A stretch of 32,000 nucleotides of DNA from Halomicronema hongdechloris C2206 (GCF_002075285.3 NZ_CP021983.2:2670001-2702000), one strand, 5' to 3'. Positions 18,794 to 27,311 are shown, counted from the stretch's first letter. The notes: a model not told the origin generated them from the sequence alone. Numbers and translations: made by a program.

Positions 18794-19153
18794 TTGCCGA
18801 CCATGTATGATTTGCCCAGCGAGAATCCTGAGGAACCGGGCTTGCCTGATGAATTTCATGAGTTTCAGCCTCAATTACTGCGGGAAACCTGCCGATCTCC
18901 CGAGGTTAGGGCCGAGGAGATGTTCATTGGCACAGACCTTAACCTCTATTACGACGGTCGCCATCCCTTCTGGTACAAGCGATCTGATTGGTTTTTGGTA
19001 ATAGGCATAGAACCAGCCCAGGATCAACACAGTCTGCGACTCAGTTATGTGATGTGGCAGGAGACGGTGGCCCCTTTTTTAGTGGTGGAGTTATTATCTC
19101 CAGGGACTGAGGCCTATGATCGAGGCGGGAAATTTGCGCTCTATCGTCGTTAA
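18794..19153 (+). pseudogene. Uma2-family (DUF820) endonuclease, 3'-truncated
   Basis: MYDLPSENPEEPGLPDEFHEFQPQLL...DLNLYYD...RLSYVMWQE...VVELLSPGTE is the typical cyanobacterial Uma2 N-terminal two-thirds. It ends at 119 aa, shortly after the catalytic-core ELLSPGTE, whereas family members are usually ~190-240 aa. Confidence 0.7.
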
Positions 19154-19187
19154 GACTGCGCTTAATCTTGTAGCTCAGGGGGCTCAC

Positions 19188-19304
19188 CCGGGGGAATTTC
19201 GCTTCCCCCGGACCCCTACGACCAGGGCGTTCCGCCGCCCTGGACCTGCGGAAGGGCATATCGATCAGTGGCGCTAGATCGCGTCGCATCGGCGGGGACG
19301 CGAT
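19188..19304. repeat. cluster of three GC-rich stem-loops
   Basis: Hairpin 1: CCGGGGGAA / TTCCCCCGG (19188-19211, loop TTTCGC). Hairpin 2: CCAGGGCG / CGCCCTGG (19222-19243, loop TTCCGC). Hairpin 3: ATCGCGTC / GACGCGAT (19278-19304, 11-nt loop). Confidence 0.45.
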
Positions 19305-19428
19305 GGACTTGTCTGCTTCTGCCTTCCCTCGTCACTCTTCATTCACTCCACCCCTAAACCCTGCGGAGGGAATAACACTCCTGGCGGGGGGGCTGCCACC
19401 TCAGCTTGCCCGGCCTGCTTTCGGGGGA

Positions 19429-19800
19429 TTATAGCCCTACGGGCTTCCCATCCAGCCCGAATTCGTCTTGATTGGCCTTGGCATAGGTGTAGACTGCCAA
19501 GGAGGCAGAGTAGGCATCGCTGCCCAGGGCCATGACTGTATCGTCGACTAATTGGTGCAGTCGTTCTAGTTCCATGGCTACGGCATAGAGGGAGCGAAAG
19601 GCTTCTACATCCCGCTGCATTTCATCGAGATCGAAGGCTCGGGGGAGAATGTCGGGGTGTTGCAGGGCGACGTCTAGGGCTTTTTCGACGAAGGCCCGGC
19701 TCTTGTCACCTAGTTTGGCGAGGCTCTGACGCTTCTCTGCCGACAGCGGCTTGATGTAGTTCTCAAGGGTGAAACGATGGGCTTGAGGAATCGATTGGCA
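19429..19800 (-). pseudogene. conserved hypothetical protein, 5'-truncated remnant
   Basis: The minus-strand frame is open from a stop near 19801 down to 19429 and reads ...FTLENYIKPLSAEKRQSLAKLGDKSRAFVEKALDVALQHPDILPRAFDLDEMQRDVEAF...GSDAYSASLAVYTYAKA. This resembles a widespread uncharacterised family. There is no ATG/GTG/TTG upstream of the internal Met at 19620, and the 5' end overlaps the start of the next gene. Confidence 0.4.
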
Positions 19801-20694
19801 GCCCTATTGCTGGGGGCAGGGTTAGGAAGCATAGTCAGCCTGCCCGGGTTGGCGCAGCCGGCCCCAACGGCCCGCTATGCCCAGGGGGAGGCCGTAGACC
19901 TGGCCTTGATCATCGAGGAATGGAAACAGAAGCATCCGGAGATTCCCGTCTTTGCCTGCGTCTGCGATCAGCAGCAGTGTGACCACACCCCCAGGTGGCC
20001 CTTTCGCACCTACAGTCGCTACCAGTTCACCGTCGCCCTAGGACCGTTCAACGCCAGTTACACCGAGAGTCGCGGCTTCAACTGCTTCGATATCCAAACG
20101 GGGCAAGCCCCTGATGCCCAGACAGATATGGGGTCAGATGATGCCTCGGATACCGATACTGGCCAATTGCCGACGGTGGCAGTGCTGGATCAGGGCCGTC
20201 GATTGCAGATTCGGCATCAGGGCCAGATGATCAGCGCCGATGTCACCGGCTGGAATCTGCAACTCTTCCAAGCCCTAGACTGTTCCGGTCCCCGCATTGT
20301 GCCGCAGAAGGAGGTCACGGCGCGACGGGTGATCTCAGAGCCGGCCATCGATCCGGCCAGCGGTAATATCGCGGTGCCGGTGCTACTGGAGGACTGTGTG
20401 GAGACCCAGCAAAGCGCCGTCTTTGTCGTGGATCCCCAAGGCGGAGCCTATGGGCTCTATCGAGTGCAACTGCCGGGCGAGCAGTCCCTACCCCATGAAT
20501 TTGCTAGCTATCCCTTTGCCAGTATCACTGGGCTGCACTACTGGGACAGCACCCTATTCGTGCGCCAGGGAGACGCAGCCGGAAATCGCGCCTTAGTGGT
20601 CTTCGAGCCAGGGCGTACCCCCGCCGGGACCTATGGCGGCTGCCTACTGCTGGAAACCATCGAAGGATCAGGGAGACTATGCCCGCGCCAATGA
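19777..20694 (+). CDS. secreted hypothetical protein (Cys-containing)
   Basis: The N-terminus MGLRNRLAALLLGAGLGSIVSLPGLAQP looks like a Sec signal peptide. The ORF is 305 aa with no motif I recognise. Confidence 0.55.
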   Translation: MGLRNRLAALLLGAGLGSIVSLPGLAQPAPTARYAQGEAVDLALIIEEWKQKHPEIPVFACVCDQQQCDHTPRWPFRTYSRYQFTVALGPFNASYTESRGFNCFDIQTGQAPDAQTDMGSDDASDTDTGQLPTVAVLDQGRRLQIRHQGQMISADVTGWNLQLFQALDCSGPRIVPQKEVTARRVISEPAIDPASGNIAVPVLLEDCVETQQSAVFVVDPQGGAYGLYRVQLPGEQSLPHEFASYPFASITGLHYWDSTLFVRQGDAAGNRALVVFEPGRTPAGTYGGCLLLETIEGSGRLCPRQ

Positions 20695-21010
20695 GTGGGA
20701 GAGTGGGGAGGGCGGAGAGCGGGGTGATGGGGAGAGATTGACTGCCCTGGCAGCTCCTACGCTGGCTCCATCACAGGCTTGCGACACTTCAACACCCCAC
20801 GATATCCACACCCCCTGGGCTCGTCTCCCCCTCGTCCGCTGCTGACACCTGAGTGTTTGTCTCACCATCCACCTGCAACGGCGGCTGATATACGTATAGC
20901 CATCGTCACAATCCTTTGTGCGATGGCGAGCCAGTCAACCCCCTAAACTGGGCTGTTGGGCGATCAGTCATGTCTTACGCTGACTGGCCAACGCGATAAG
21001 TTCTGAGGCG

Positions 21011-21041
21011 CAAAGAAAAGAGCCTGACCGCAGTCAGGCTC
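21011..21041 (-). terminator. Rho-independent terminator downstream of the haloperoxidase-like gene
   Basis: A 9-bp stem GAGCCTGAC / GTCAGGCTC (21020-21041, loop CGCA). On the minus strand it is followed by TTTTCTTTG (complement of 21011-21019), 50 nt after the stop at 21092. Confidence 0.6.
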
Positions 21042-21091
21042 AGGGCTTCGTCTTGGGTTCAACTATGACAATCGCAAAGACAATCGAACGA

Positions 21092-23233
21092 TTAAATACG
21101 AATCGTGCCGCCGTCAAACAGGGGAATCGTCATCGAGAAGTTCTCGCCATAGGTGAGCTTTTGCTCCTCTAGGATGCCCAGGGCAATAGCCTCCCCGAGG
21201 CGAATTGACTCGATGTAGTCGGTGAAATAGTGGACGCCGGCCCAGTTGCGACCGATGGCAATATTAGCGGCCAACTTGTTCAGCTCTGCACCGACGGTTA
21301 AGGGGCGATCGAGGGTAACCGACTCTAGCTGAGCACCATCCACAGACGGCTGATAGCAGACAGGCAGCTCATAGCCGTGGTCGAAGAAGGCCTTGAGAAT
21401 GGTGACGCAGGCCCCGGCCACCGTACCGTGGCCAGCTCCATAGGCGGGGTGCATCGGCGATCCTTCCGGGAAGGCCATCGGTAACAGGTAGCTATTGGAG
21501 CCGGCACTGGCATCGCCAGAACGATCGCTATGCTGGTTCTGACGGCGGTTGTGGTCGGCAATCTCCTCTAGGAAGGACTCGCCGAAGCCGTTGACTAGGG
21601 GCTCCACTGGCATGAATTCCTGGCGGTCGCCGCTGGCATAGCGGTGGATTAATCCCCCAATGGCCTCCGGCCGGGCCCGGCGATGCACGTTGAACTTCTG
21701 GAACCGCACTGCCTTCAGGGCGCGGGTGGCCACTTCCGTCACTAGGGAGAGAATGTGGGGGCCACCGAAGTGGGCGAAGCCCTGTTGCTTGTCGATGTGA
21801 TCAGCCCGCTGGAAGGGAATGCCGGGATCGAAGGGCACGCCCAAGGACAGCATGATCAAGCAGGCATTGAGATAGGCCTCGTAGAGGGCGTCGTAGTGAA
21901 CGTAGGTGGCCAGGTCCCGAGGCGTAGCCATGAATCGGAATTTGGGGTCATCGGCATAGAGCTCTAGGCCGCGGAAGTCGGCGCCGTTCTGGACATCCAG
22001 CCAGGCTTCCCAGGTGGTCATGTAGTCCCGGTAGGGGGCGGCCACCCGCACCCGCTGGTCTGCCCGAATGGATCCGTACTGGATGTACCCATCGCTGATG
22101 GCCTGGGCATCGCCGAGGCCGGTATTGCCCACCAGCAGAAACTGGGACAGGTAAGGCCCCACCTCATCGCCGGGGGCAATGCCGCGAAAGACCGTTTGAC
22201 GGGTGAAGGGACTACGCAGGCGCGATTCTTCCTCGGGGCTCAGGGCCAGGGCATCGGGGGATTGAATCCAATCGGTGGCGTTGAGCCGATCGATGGCCTG
22301 CTGGATCTCTGGGGCGCTGTCGAATTTGGCAAAGGGAATATCCCGCAACAGGGCCATGGTATAGACTTCCACCATTTCGGCCAGGAGTTCTGGGCTATCG
22401 AGGGTGGGGGCCGGGGGCATGGTCACGGCCTGGGCGTCGGGTCCTTCCAGATCGAAGGTGTTGCCAGCCCCCGGCACTTTCCCAGGCCCGCACCGGTAAT
22501 TTCTCGCGTTGGGCCAGGTTAGACTTCCAATTGGGAAATTCGACGCCATCCCTGTCCGGAGGCCCAGGGGAGTGTCCTGGAAGTCGCGGGTATCGCCGGA
22601 ATCGATGCCCCGAACAAACCGCTGATAGGCATCGGCATCCGAGAGCAGGCCGCGGTCATCGTGGGGCAATCCCTTGGTGTAGTTAGCGATGTGGCTGGGT
22701 TGGTTATCGGTATCGCGATAGAGCAGCTCCTCGCCGTTGCTGAGGTGCTCAGGATGGGCGGGGCGCCTGGCCAGTTCGGCGGCCTGGCGCCGCACCTCGA
22801 GGGCTTGTAGTCTACGATCCCATAGTCTTGCTCCTGGTATGTTGGGGGGATTGAATAGACAGATAGCCGGTGGAGCGCCGTCGCCTCGAGCGCCGGGGGG
22901 GGAGAGCGCCAGAGAGGGGGCTCGCTCTACTGGGAGCACTACTGTCTGGTTGCGATCGCGGCTGTTCCACAGCACGCTGTCTGCGGTGCTCTTGATCAAC
23001 TGGTTGCCGTCAAATACTTTGAAATACAGATCGGGCAACCGATCAAACCATATGAAGTCTCGGAACGAGGTGTCATCGAATTGCACCTGAAAGGCACCCT
23101 GAGCATCGGTGGTGGCCTGGGCTAGAAAATCATCGAAGATGAGGTCTTTGTCCCAGACTTCAACCCGTAGGCCTGATAAGCCGGCGCCAGTGGCTTGACT
23201 CACCACTCGCCCGGCAATGCGATAGAAGCTCAT
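21092..23233 (-). CDS. vanadium-dependent haloperoxidase-like protein (PAP2 superfamily) with N-terminal transthyretin-like domain
   Basis: The N-terminal ~90 aa (RIAGRVV...GLRVEVWDKDLIFDDFL..TTDAQGAFQV..PDLYFKVF) look like a carboxypeptidase-regulatory / transthyretin-like beta-sandwich. The C-terminal part carries KFNVHRRARP, HPAYGAGHG and GRNWAGVHYFTD, which correspond to the K..RP / xGH / R..H active-site motifs of the vanadate/phosphate-binding superfamily, and NYTKGLPHD typical of VHPOs. Confidence 0.7.
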   Translation of the reverse strand: MSFYRIAGRVVSQATGAGLSGLRVEVWDKDLIFDDFLAQATTDAQGAFQVQFDDTSFRDFIWFDRLPDLYFKVFDGNQLIKSTADSVLWNSRDRNQTVVLPVERAPSLALSPPGARGDGAPPAICLFNPPNIPGARLWDRRLQALEVRRQAAELARRPAHPEHLSNGEELLYRDTDNQPSHIANYTKGLPHDDRGLLSDADAYQRFVRGIDSGDTRDFQDTPLGLRTGMASNFPIGSLTWPNARNYRCGPGKVPGAGNTFDLEGPDAQAVTMPPAPTLDSPELLAEMVEVYTMALLRDIPFAKFDSAPEIQQAIDRLNATDWIQSPDALALSPEEESRLRSPFTRQTVFRGIAPGDEVGPYLSQFLLVGNTGLGDAQAISDGYIQYGSIRADQRVRVAAPYRDYMTTWEAWLDVQNGADFRGLELYADDPKFRFMATPRDLATYVHYDALYEAYLNACLIMLSLGVPFDPGIPFQRADHIDKQQGFAHFGGPHILSLVTEVATRALKAVRFQKFNVHRRARPEAIGGLIHRYASGDRQEFMPVEPLVNGFGESFLEEIADHNRRQNQHSDRSGDASAGSNSYLLPMAFPEGSPMHPAYGAGHGTVAGACVTILKAFFDHGYELPVCYQPSVDGAQLESVTLDRPLTVGAELNKLAANIAIGRNWAGVHYFTDYIESIRLGEAIALGILEEQKLTYGENFSMTIPLFDGGTIRI

Positions 23234-23333
23234 AGAGTTTGGTTATCCATGCAAAGGTGAGCTGTGAATGTACTCCCTTCTAGGATGGCGAGACAGAGGG
23301 TGCGATCGCATCACCCCAGTGGGTACTTTCCAG

Positions 23334-25583
23334 CTATGCAGCCGCGATCACTCTGAGTTGCTGCTCCCGTCGCAGCAGGCTATCACACAGCAACCGAGCC
23401 AAATAGGTCTGCACCGCGTGGGCCAGTTCCGGCGCTTCTTGCTGCATGGCGTCGAAGGCGCTCCGTTCCAAATAGTAGAGGCTGGTGGGCAAATCGGTCA
23501 CCACCGCCGTGGATAGGGGCGGCTTGCCATAGAAGCGCATTTCCCCCAGCACATGGCCCTGGGTATGGGTCTCCAACCGGCGAGTGTGTCCGTCCGGCAG
23601 CTCCAGTAGCACACTCACCTGCCCCGACTCGATGAAATAGAGGCGATCGCTGTTTTCCTGGGTGAAGAGGACATGGCCAGCGTCCACTGGGTCATGTTTC
23701 AGATACGCCATGAATTGCGGGATGCGATCGCGGCTGAGAAATAGTTCTTCCAGCTGGGTTTCGATGGGGGCGGGTGGGTTCATGGAAGGGGGCCTCCAGC
23801 AGCAGTTGGTTCTCACACCACTCCAGCCCCCGATCCAAATCGGCAAAGATCTGGCAGCAGTCTTCATCCACCAAGCCATCTCCCCCTGACGCAGTTGCCC
23901 CTCCACCGCTGGAGTGAGGCCAGTGTAGACCACCGTGAGCTGCCGTTGACGAGCGATCTTGAGAATTTTCATGAAGCTGAGCACCCCGGAGGCATCCAGG
24001 CCGTCCACCTGGCCAAAGCTAATCACGATCCAACTGGGAGCTGGCTTATCCTCAGCCTCCAACCGTTGCCGCACCTGATCTAGCACGTAATTGGCGGTGC
24101 CAAAGAAGACATAGCCACGCAACTCTAAGATAAAAATCTGCTCCCCCCGATCTTGCAGCCATTGCCGTTGCCGCGGCGAGCGTCGCACATTGCTAAAGGT
24201 GGTTGCCCCCGAGGTCACCTGCTTGGCCACATCCAAATAGCTGTAATCCACCATGAACAGGATCACCGCCAGCACAAACCCCAAGACCACCCCCTGGAGA
24301 AACCCCAGGGCATTGATGGCCACCAGCATGATGATGACGATGGCGTAATCGCGCCAGGACAACTTAAACCAGGCCCGGTAGATCCATTGAATCAACAACG
24401 ACAGGCCCAGATAGAGCAATAGCGCCCCTAGCACTGGTTTGGGGAAATAGGCCAGAAACGACGCCCCCAGCTGTAAGACCACGAAACAGACGATCGCACA
24501 GACAATGCCAGACAGGCGATTACAGGCATTGATCTTGTAGACCAATAGGGTACTGGGCAAGGCTTGATTGCCGGCCATGCCAGTGGTGATGCCCGAGGCC
24601 AGATTGGCCATGCCCACCGACTCCAGTTCCGTATCCAAATCCAGGTCTCGCCCCACCACCAGCTCAATGCCACTGTTGCTGAGCATCAGCGACAGTAAAC
24701 TGACCACGGCTACAGACCCCACCAAGCCCCAATGGTCCAGCACCGCCGGCCACTGCACCTGGGAGAGGCTACTCAGGGTCAAGGGATGCCACAGTCCCCC
24801 CTCGGGAAAGGGCCCCAATAGCCAGCCCGCCTGCCGCGCTTCAGTAGGAGATACCTGGACCACCCAGAGGGCGGCATAAAAGACGCCGATGGAGGCCAAC
24901 AGAGCCGCCGGCATCACCAGAAAATGCTGATACCGCCAAGACAACAGCATCAATCCCAGGGCAAAGGCCAGGGCGCAACCCCAATGGCTTAGGAATGCCG
25001 GGGTCAGCAACTGCGGTAGCGTGTCCAGGCTGAGAGCAAAGTCCGCCGTCACTTGAATCGACCCATCCACCAGCAGCCAACCGGTACCGGCCATGAATCC
25101 CCCCACCACCGGGTAGGGGATGAAGCGGATCTTGCGCCCCAACTGGAACCGCCCCAGCAGCCAGAGCACCGCCCCGGTGACTAAAGAACTCACCGCTATG
25201 GCCGCCAGCACTGTTACCAGAATTACCTCAGAGGACACGGTACCCTGCAATTGCCGGGCAATTTGACCGGCCAACAGGGCCAAAATTGCGGTGGGAGCGG
25301 CCAAGGGTGTGGCGATCATCCCCGGTAGGGAACTGGCCAGGGCCACGACAATGCTGACGATGGCAGTGCTGAACACGGCCATGCCCACCCCCAGGGAAAG
25401 GTAGCCGGAGAGGGCTCCGGAAAAGATTAATGCGGCATAGGAGATGCCGCGGAAGACCCCAATCACACCGGTGACCAGCCCCGCCGTCAGGCTGGGAAAG
25501 AGGCGACTGGGTTGTAGTTCATCGAAGACAGGGGCTAGGGCGTGGGAGGGAGGAGAGTGTTCTAGGGTCACCGGTAGGGCCAC
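23334..25583 (-). CDS. SulP-family anion transporter fused to STAS and cyclic-nucleotide-binding domains
   Basis: There are about 11-12 hydrophobic segments with a SulP N-terminus (FRGISYAALIFSG). The STAS domain reads IFILELRGYVFFGTANYV...VDGLDASGV. The C-terminal CAP-like domain reads GHVLFTQENSDRLYFIESGQV...GHVLGEMRFY. The start is GTG. See the finding on an internal out-of-frame stretch. Confidence 0.85.
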   Translation of the reverse strand: MALPVTLEHSPPSHALAPVFDELQPSRLFPSLTAGLVTGVIGVFRGISYAALIFSGALSGYLSLGVGMAVFSTAIVSIVVALASSLPGMIATPLAAPTAILALLAGQIARQLQGTVSSEVILVTVLAAIAVSSLVTGAVLWLLGRFQLGRKIRFIPYPVVGGFMAGTGWLLVDGSIQVTADFALSLDTLPQLLTPAFLSHWGCALAFALGLMLLSWRYQHFLVMPAALLASIGVFYAALWVVQVSPTEARQAGWLLGPFPEGGLWHPLTLSSLSQVQWPAVLDHWGLVGSVAVVSLLSLMLSNSGIELVVGRDLDLDTELESVGMANLASGITTGMAGNQALPSTLLVYKINACNRLSGIVCAIVCFVVLQLGASFLAYFPKPVLGALLLYLGLSLLIQWIYRAWFKLSWRDYAIVIIMLVAINALGFLQGVVLGFVLAVILFMVDYSYLDVAKQVTSGATTFSNVRRSPRQRQWLQDRGEQIFILELRGYVFFGTANYVLDQVRQRLEAEDKPAPSWIVISFGQVDGLDASGVLSFMKILKIARQRQLTVVYTGLTPAVEGQLRQGEMAWWMKTAARSLPIWIGGWSGVRTNCCWRPPSMNPPAPIETQLEELFLSRDRIPQFMAYLKHDPVDAGHVLFTQENSDRLYFIESGQVSVLLELPDGHTRRLETHTQGHVLGEMRFYGKPPLSTAVVTDLPTSLYYLERSAFDAMQQEAPELAHAVQTYLARLLCDSLLRREQQLRVIAAA

Positions 25584-25697
25584 AGAGGAAGGGTCACCCC
25601 AAATTATGGTCAGCCAGGGTTACCCCAAAACTGTTAAATCGACTACAGGAGAAGGGTATTAGCTATCCTTATCCCTAGATCCCTAGCATCCTCAGCC

Positions 25698-27311
25698 CTA
25701 TTCCCACTCGATGGTGCCAGGGGGCTTGGAGGTAATGTCGTAGACCACTCGATTGACGCCGGGCACCTCGTTGACGATGCGATTGGATAGGGTTTCCAAC
25801 AGATCGTAGGGCACCCGTGACCAGTCAGCGGTCATGCCGTCTTCGCTAGAGATCAACCGCAACACAATGGGGTGAGCATAGGTGCGCTGATCTCCCATGA
25901 CGCCGACACTGCGAATGGGTAATAGCACGGCAAAGGCCTGCCAAAAGTCGTGGTAAAGCCCCTGCTTATGGATCTCATCCCGCACGATGAAATCGGCATC
26001 TCGCAGAATCTCCAGCCGTTCTTCGGTGATCTCGCCGATGATGCGAATGGCCAAGCCTGGCCCCGGGAAGGGATGACGCCGCACGATTTCTTCCGGTAGC
26101 CCAATGGACCGACCCACCTTGCGCACTTCGTCTTTAAATAACTTGCGCAGGGGTTCCACCAGCTTGAACTGCAGGTCTTTTGGTAAGCCGCCGACATTGT
26201 GATGGCTCTTGATTTTCACCGCCACCCGTTCGCCGGTTTTAGGGTCGACATTGGTGTCAGCCGATTCGATCACATCGGGATAGAGGGTGCCCTGGGCCAG
26301 ATAATCAAAGGGGCCCAGCCGTTTCGATTCTTCCTCGAAGACGCGGATAAATTCGTGGCCGATGCGCCGACGCTTCTCTTCTGGATCGGTCACACCCACC
26401 ACCCGGGCCAAAAAGCGATCGCGGGCATTGACATAGTGGACGGGGATATGAAACCGCTCCCTAAACAGCTTAATTAACCGCTCGGGTTCCTCCTTACGCA
26501 TGAAACCCTGGTCAATGAACATACAGGTGAGTTGGTCACCGATGGCCTGATGTAGTAAGAAGGCCAGGGTGGAGGAATCGACACCACCGGAGAGGGCCAA
26601 CAACACGCGCTTATCGCTCACCTTGGCCCGCACTTCCCGGATGGCTTCTTCCACGAAGGCTTCTGTGGTCCAGGTGGGTTGGCAATTACAGATGTGATAG
26701 ACGAAGTTGCGAATCAGGGCGATGCCCCCCTGGGAGTGCACCACCTCTGGGTGGAATTGCACTCCATAGAGTTTGCGCTCGTGGTCGGCGACGGCGGCAC
26801 AGGGAGTGTTATCGGTATGGGCTAGGCCCTCAAACCCTGCGGGTAAGCGGGTGACAGAATCCCCGTGGCTCATCCACATGGTGGTGCCATCTTCCACATT
26901 GGTGAGGAGATCGGTGGGATCGTCGATGAATAGGGAGGCTTTGCCATATTCACCACGCTGGGCCCGCTCCACGCCGCCGCCCAATTGCTCTACCATCAGT
27001 TGCATGCCGTAGCACACTCCCAGTACCGGAATCCCCAGATCCCAAATGGCGGGATCGCAGTGGGGAGCGCCAGGGTCGTATACCGAGTTGGGACCGCCCG
27101 ATAGAATCAACCCTCGAGGATTGAGTTGTTTCAATTGTTCGGCGGTGGTGCGATAGGACAGTACCTCGGAGTAGACCTCTGTTTCGCGAATGCGGCGAGC
27201 AATCAACTCTGAATATTGGGAACCAAAATCTAAGATGATCAACATCTGACGGTTGACATCCGTCAGCACAGGAACATCTGGGGTGGAAGGAGTCTCGGTC
27301 TGTAGGGTCAC
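25698..27311 (-). CDS. guaA: GMP synthase (glutamine-hydrolysing)
   Basis: Full-length match to GuaA hallmarks: the GATase domain ([21 protein letters not shown]), the ATP-PPase SGGVDSS motif, and the C-terminal KPPGTIEWE. The GTG start at 27311 is uncertain; an internal Met before ILDFGSQYS is possible. Confidence 0.97.
   Translation of the reverse strand: MTLQTETPSTPDVPVLTDVNRQMLIILDFGSQYSELIARRIRETEVYSEVLSYRTTAEQLKQLNPRGLILSGGPNSVYDPGAPHCDPAIWDLGIPVLGVCYGMQLMVEQLGGGVERAQRGEYGKASLFIDDPTDLLTNVEDGTTMWMSHGDSVTRLPAGFEGLAHTDNTPCAAVADHERKLYGVQFHPEVVHSQGGIALIRNFVYHICNCQPTWTTEAFVEEAIREVRAKVSDKRVLLALSGGVDSSTLAFLLHQAIGDQLTCMFIDQGFMRKEEPERLIKLFRERFHIPVHYVNARDRFLARVVGVTDPEEKRRRIGHEFIRVFEEESKRLGPFDYLAQGTLYPDVIESADTNVDPKTGERVAVKIKSHHNVGGLPKDLQFKLVEPLRKLFKDEVRKVGRSIGLPEEIVRRHPFPGPGLAIRIIGEITEERLEILRDADFIVRDEIHKQGLYHDFWQAFAVLLPIRSVGVMGDQRTYAHPIVLRLISSEDGMTADWSRVPYDLLETLSNRIVNEVPGVNRVVYDITSKPPGTIEWE

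Noticed and set aside
19165-19245. tRNA-like start (GTAGCTCAGGGGG) followed by hairpins.
   Set aside because: I could not fold it into a cloverleaf. There is no matching D-stem 3' half (GAGC), no T-loop GTTCRA motif and no acceptor pairing.
19041-19289. 82-aa minus-strand ORF overlapping the hairpin cluster and the Uma2 3' end.
   Set aside because: It has an Arg/Pro-rich composition and is built from the three GC-rich stem-loops. There is no supporting signal.
25671-25686. Tandem octamer ATCCCTAG-ATCCCTAG between guaA and the SulP gene.
   Set aside because: It is a very short two-copy repeat with no recognisable promoter geometry around it, and is likely chance.
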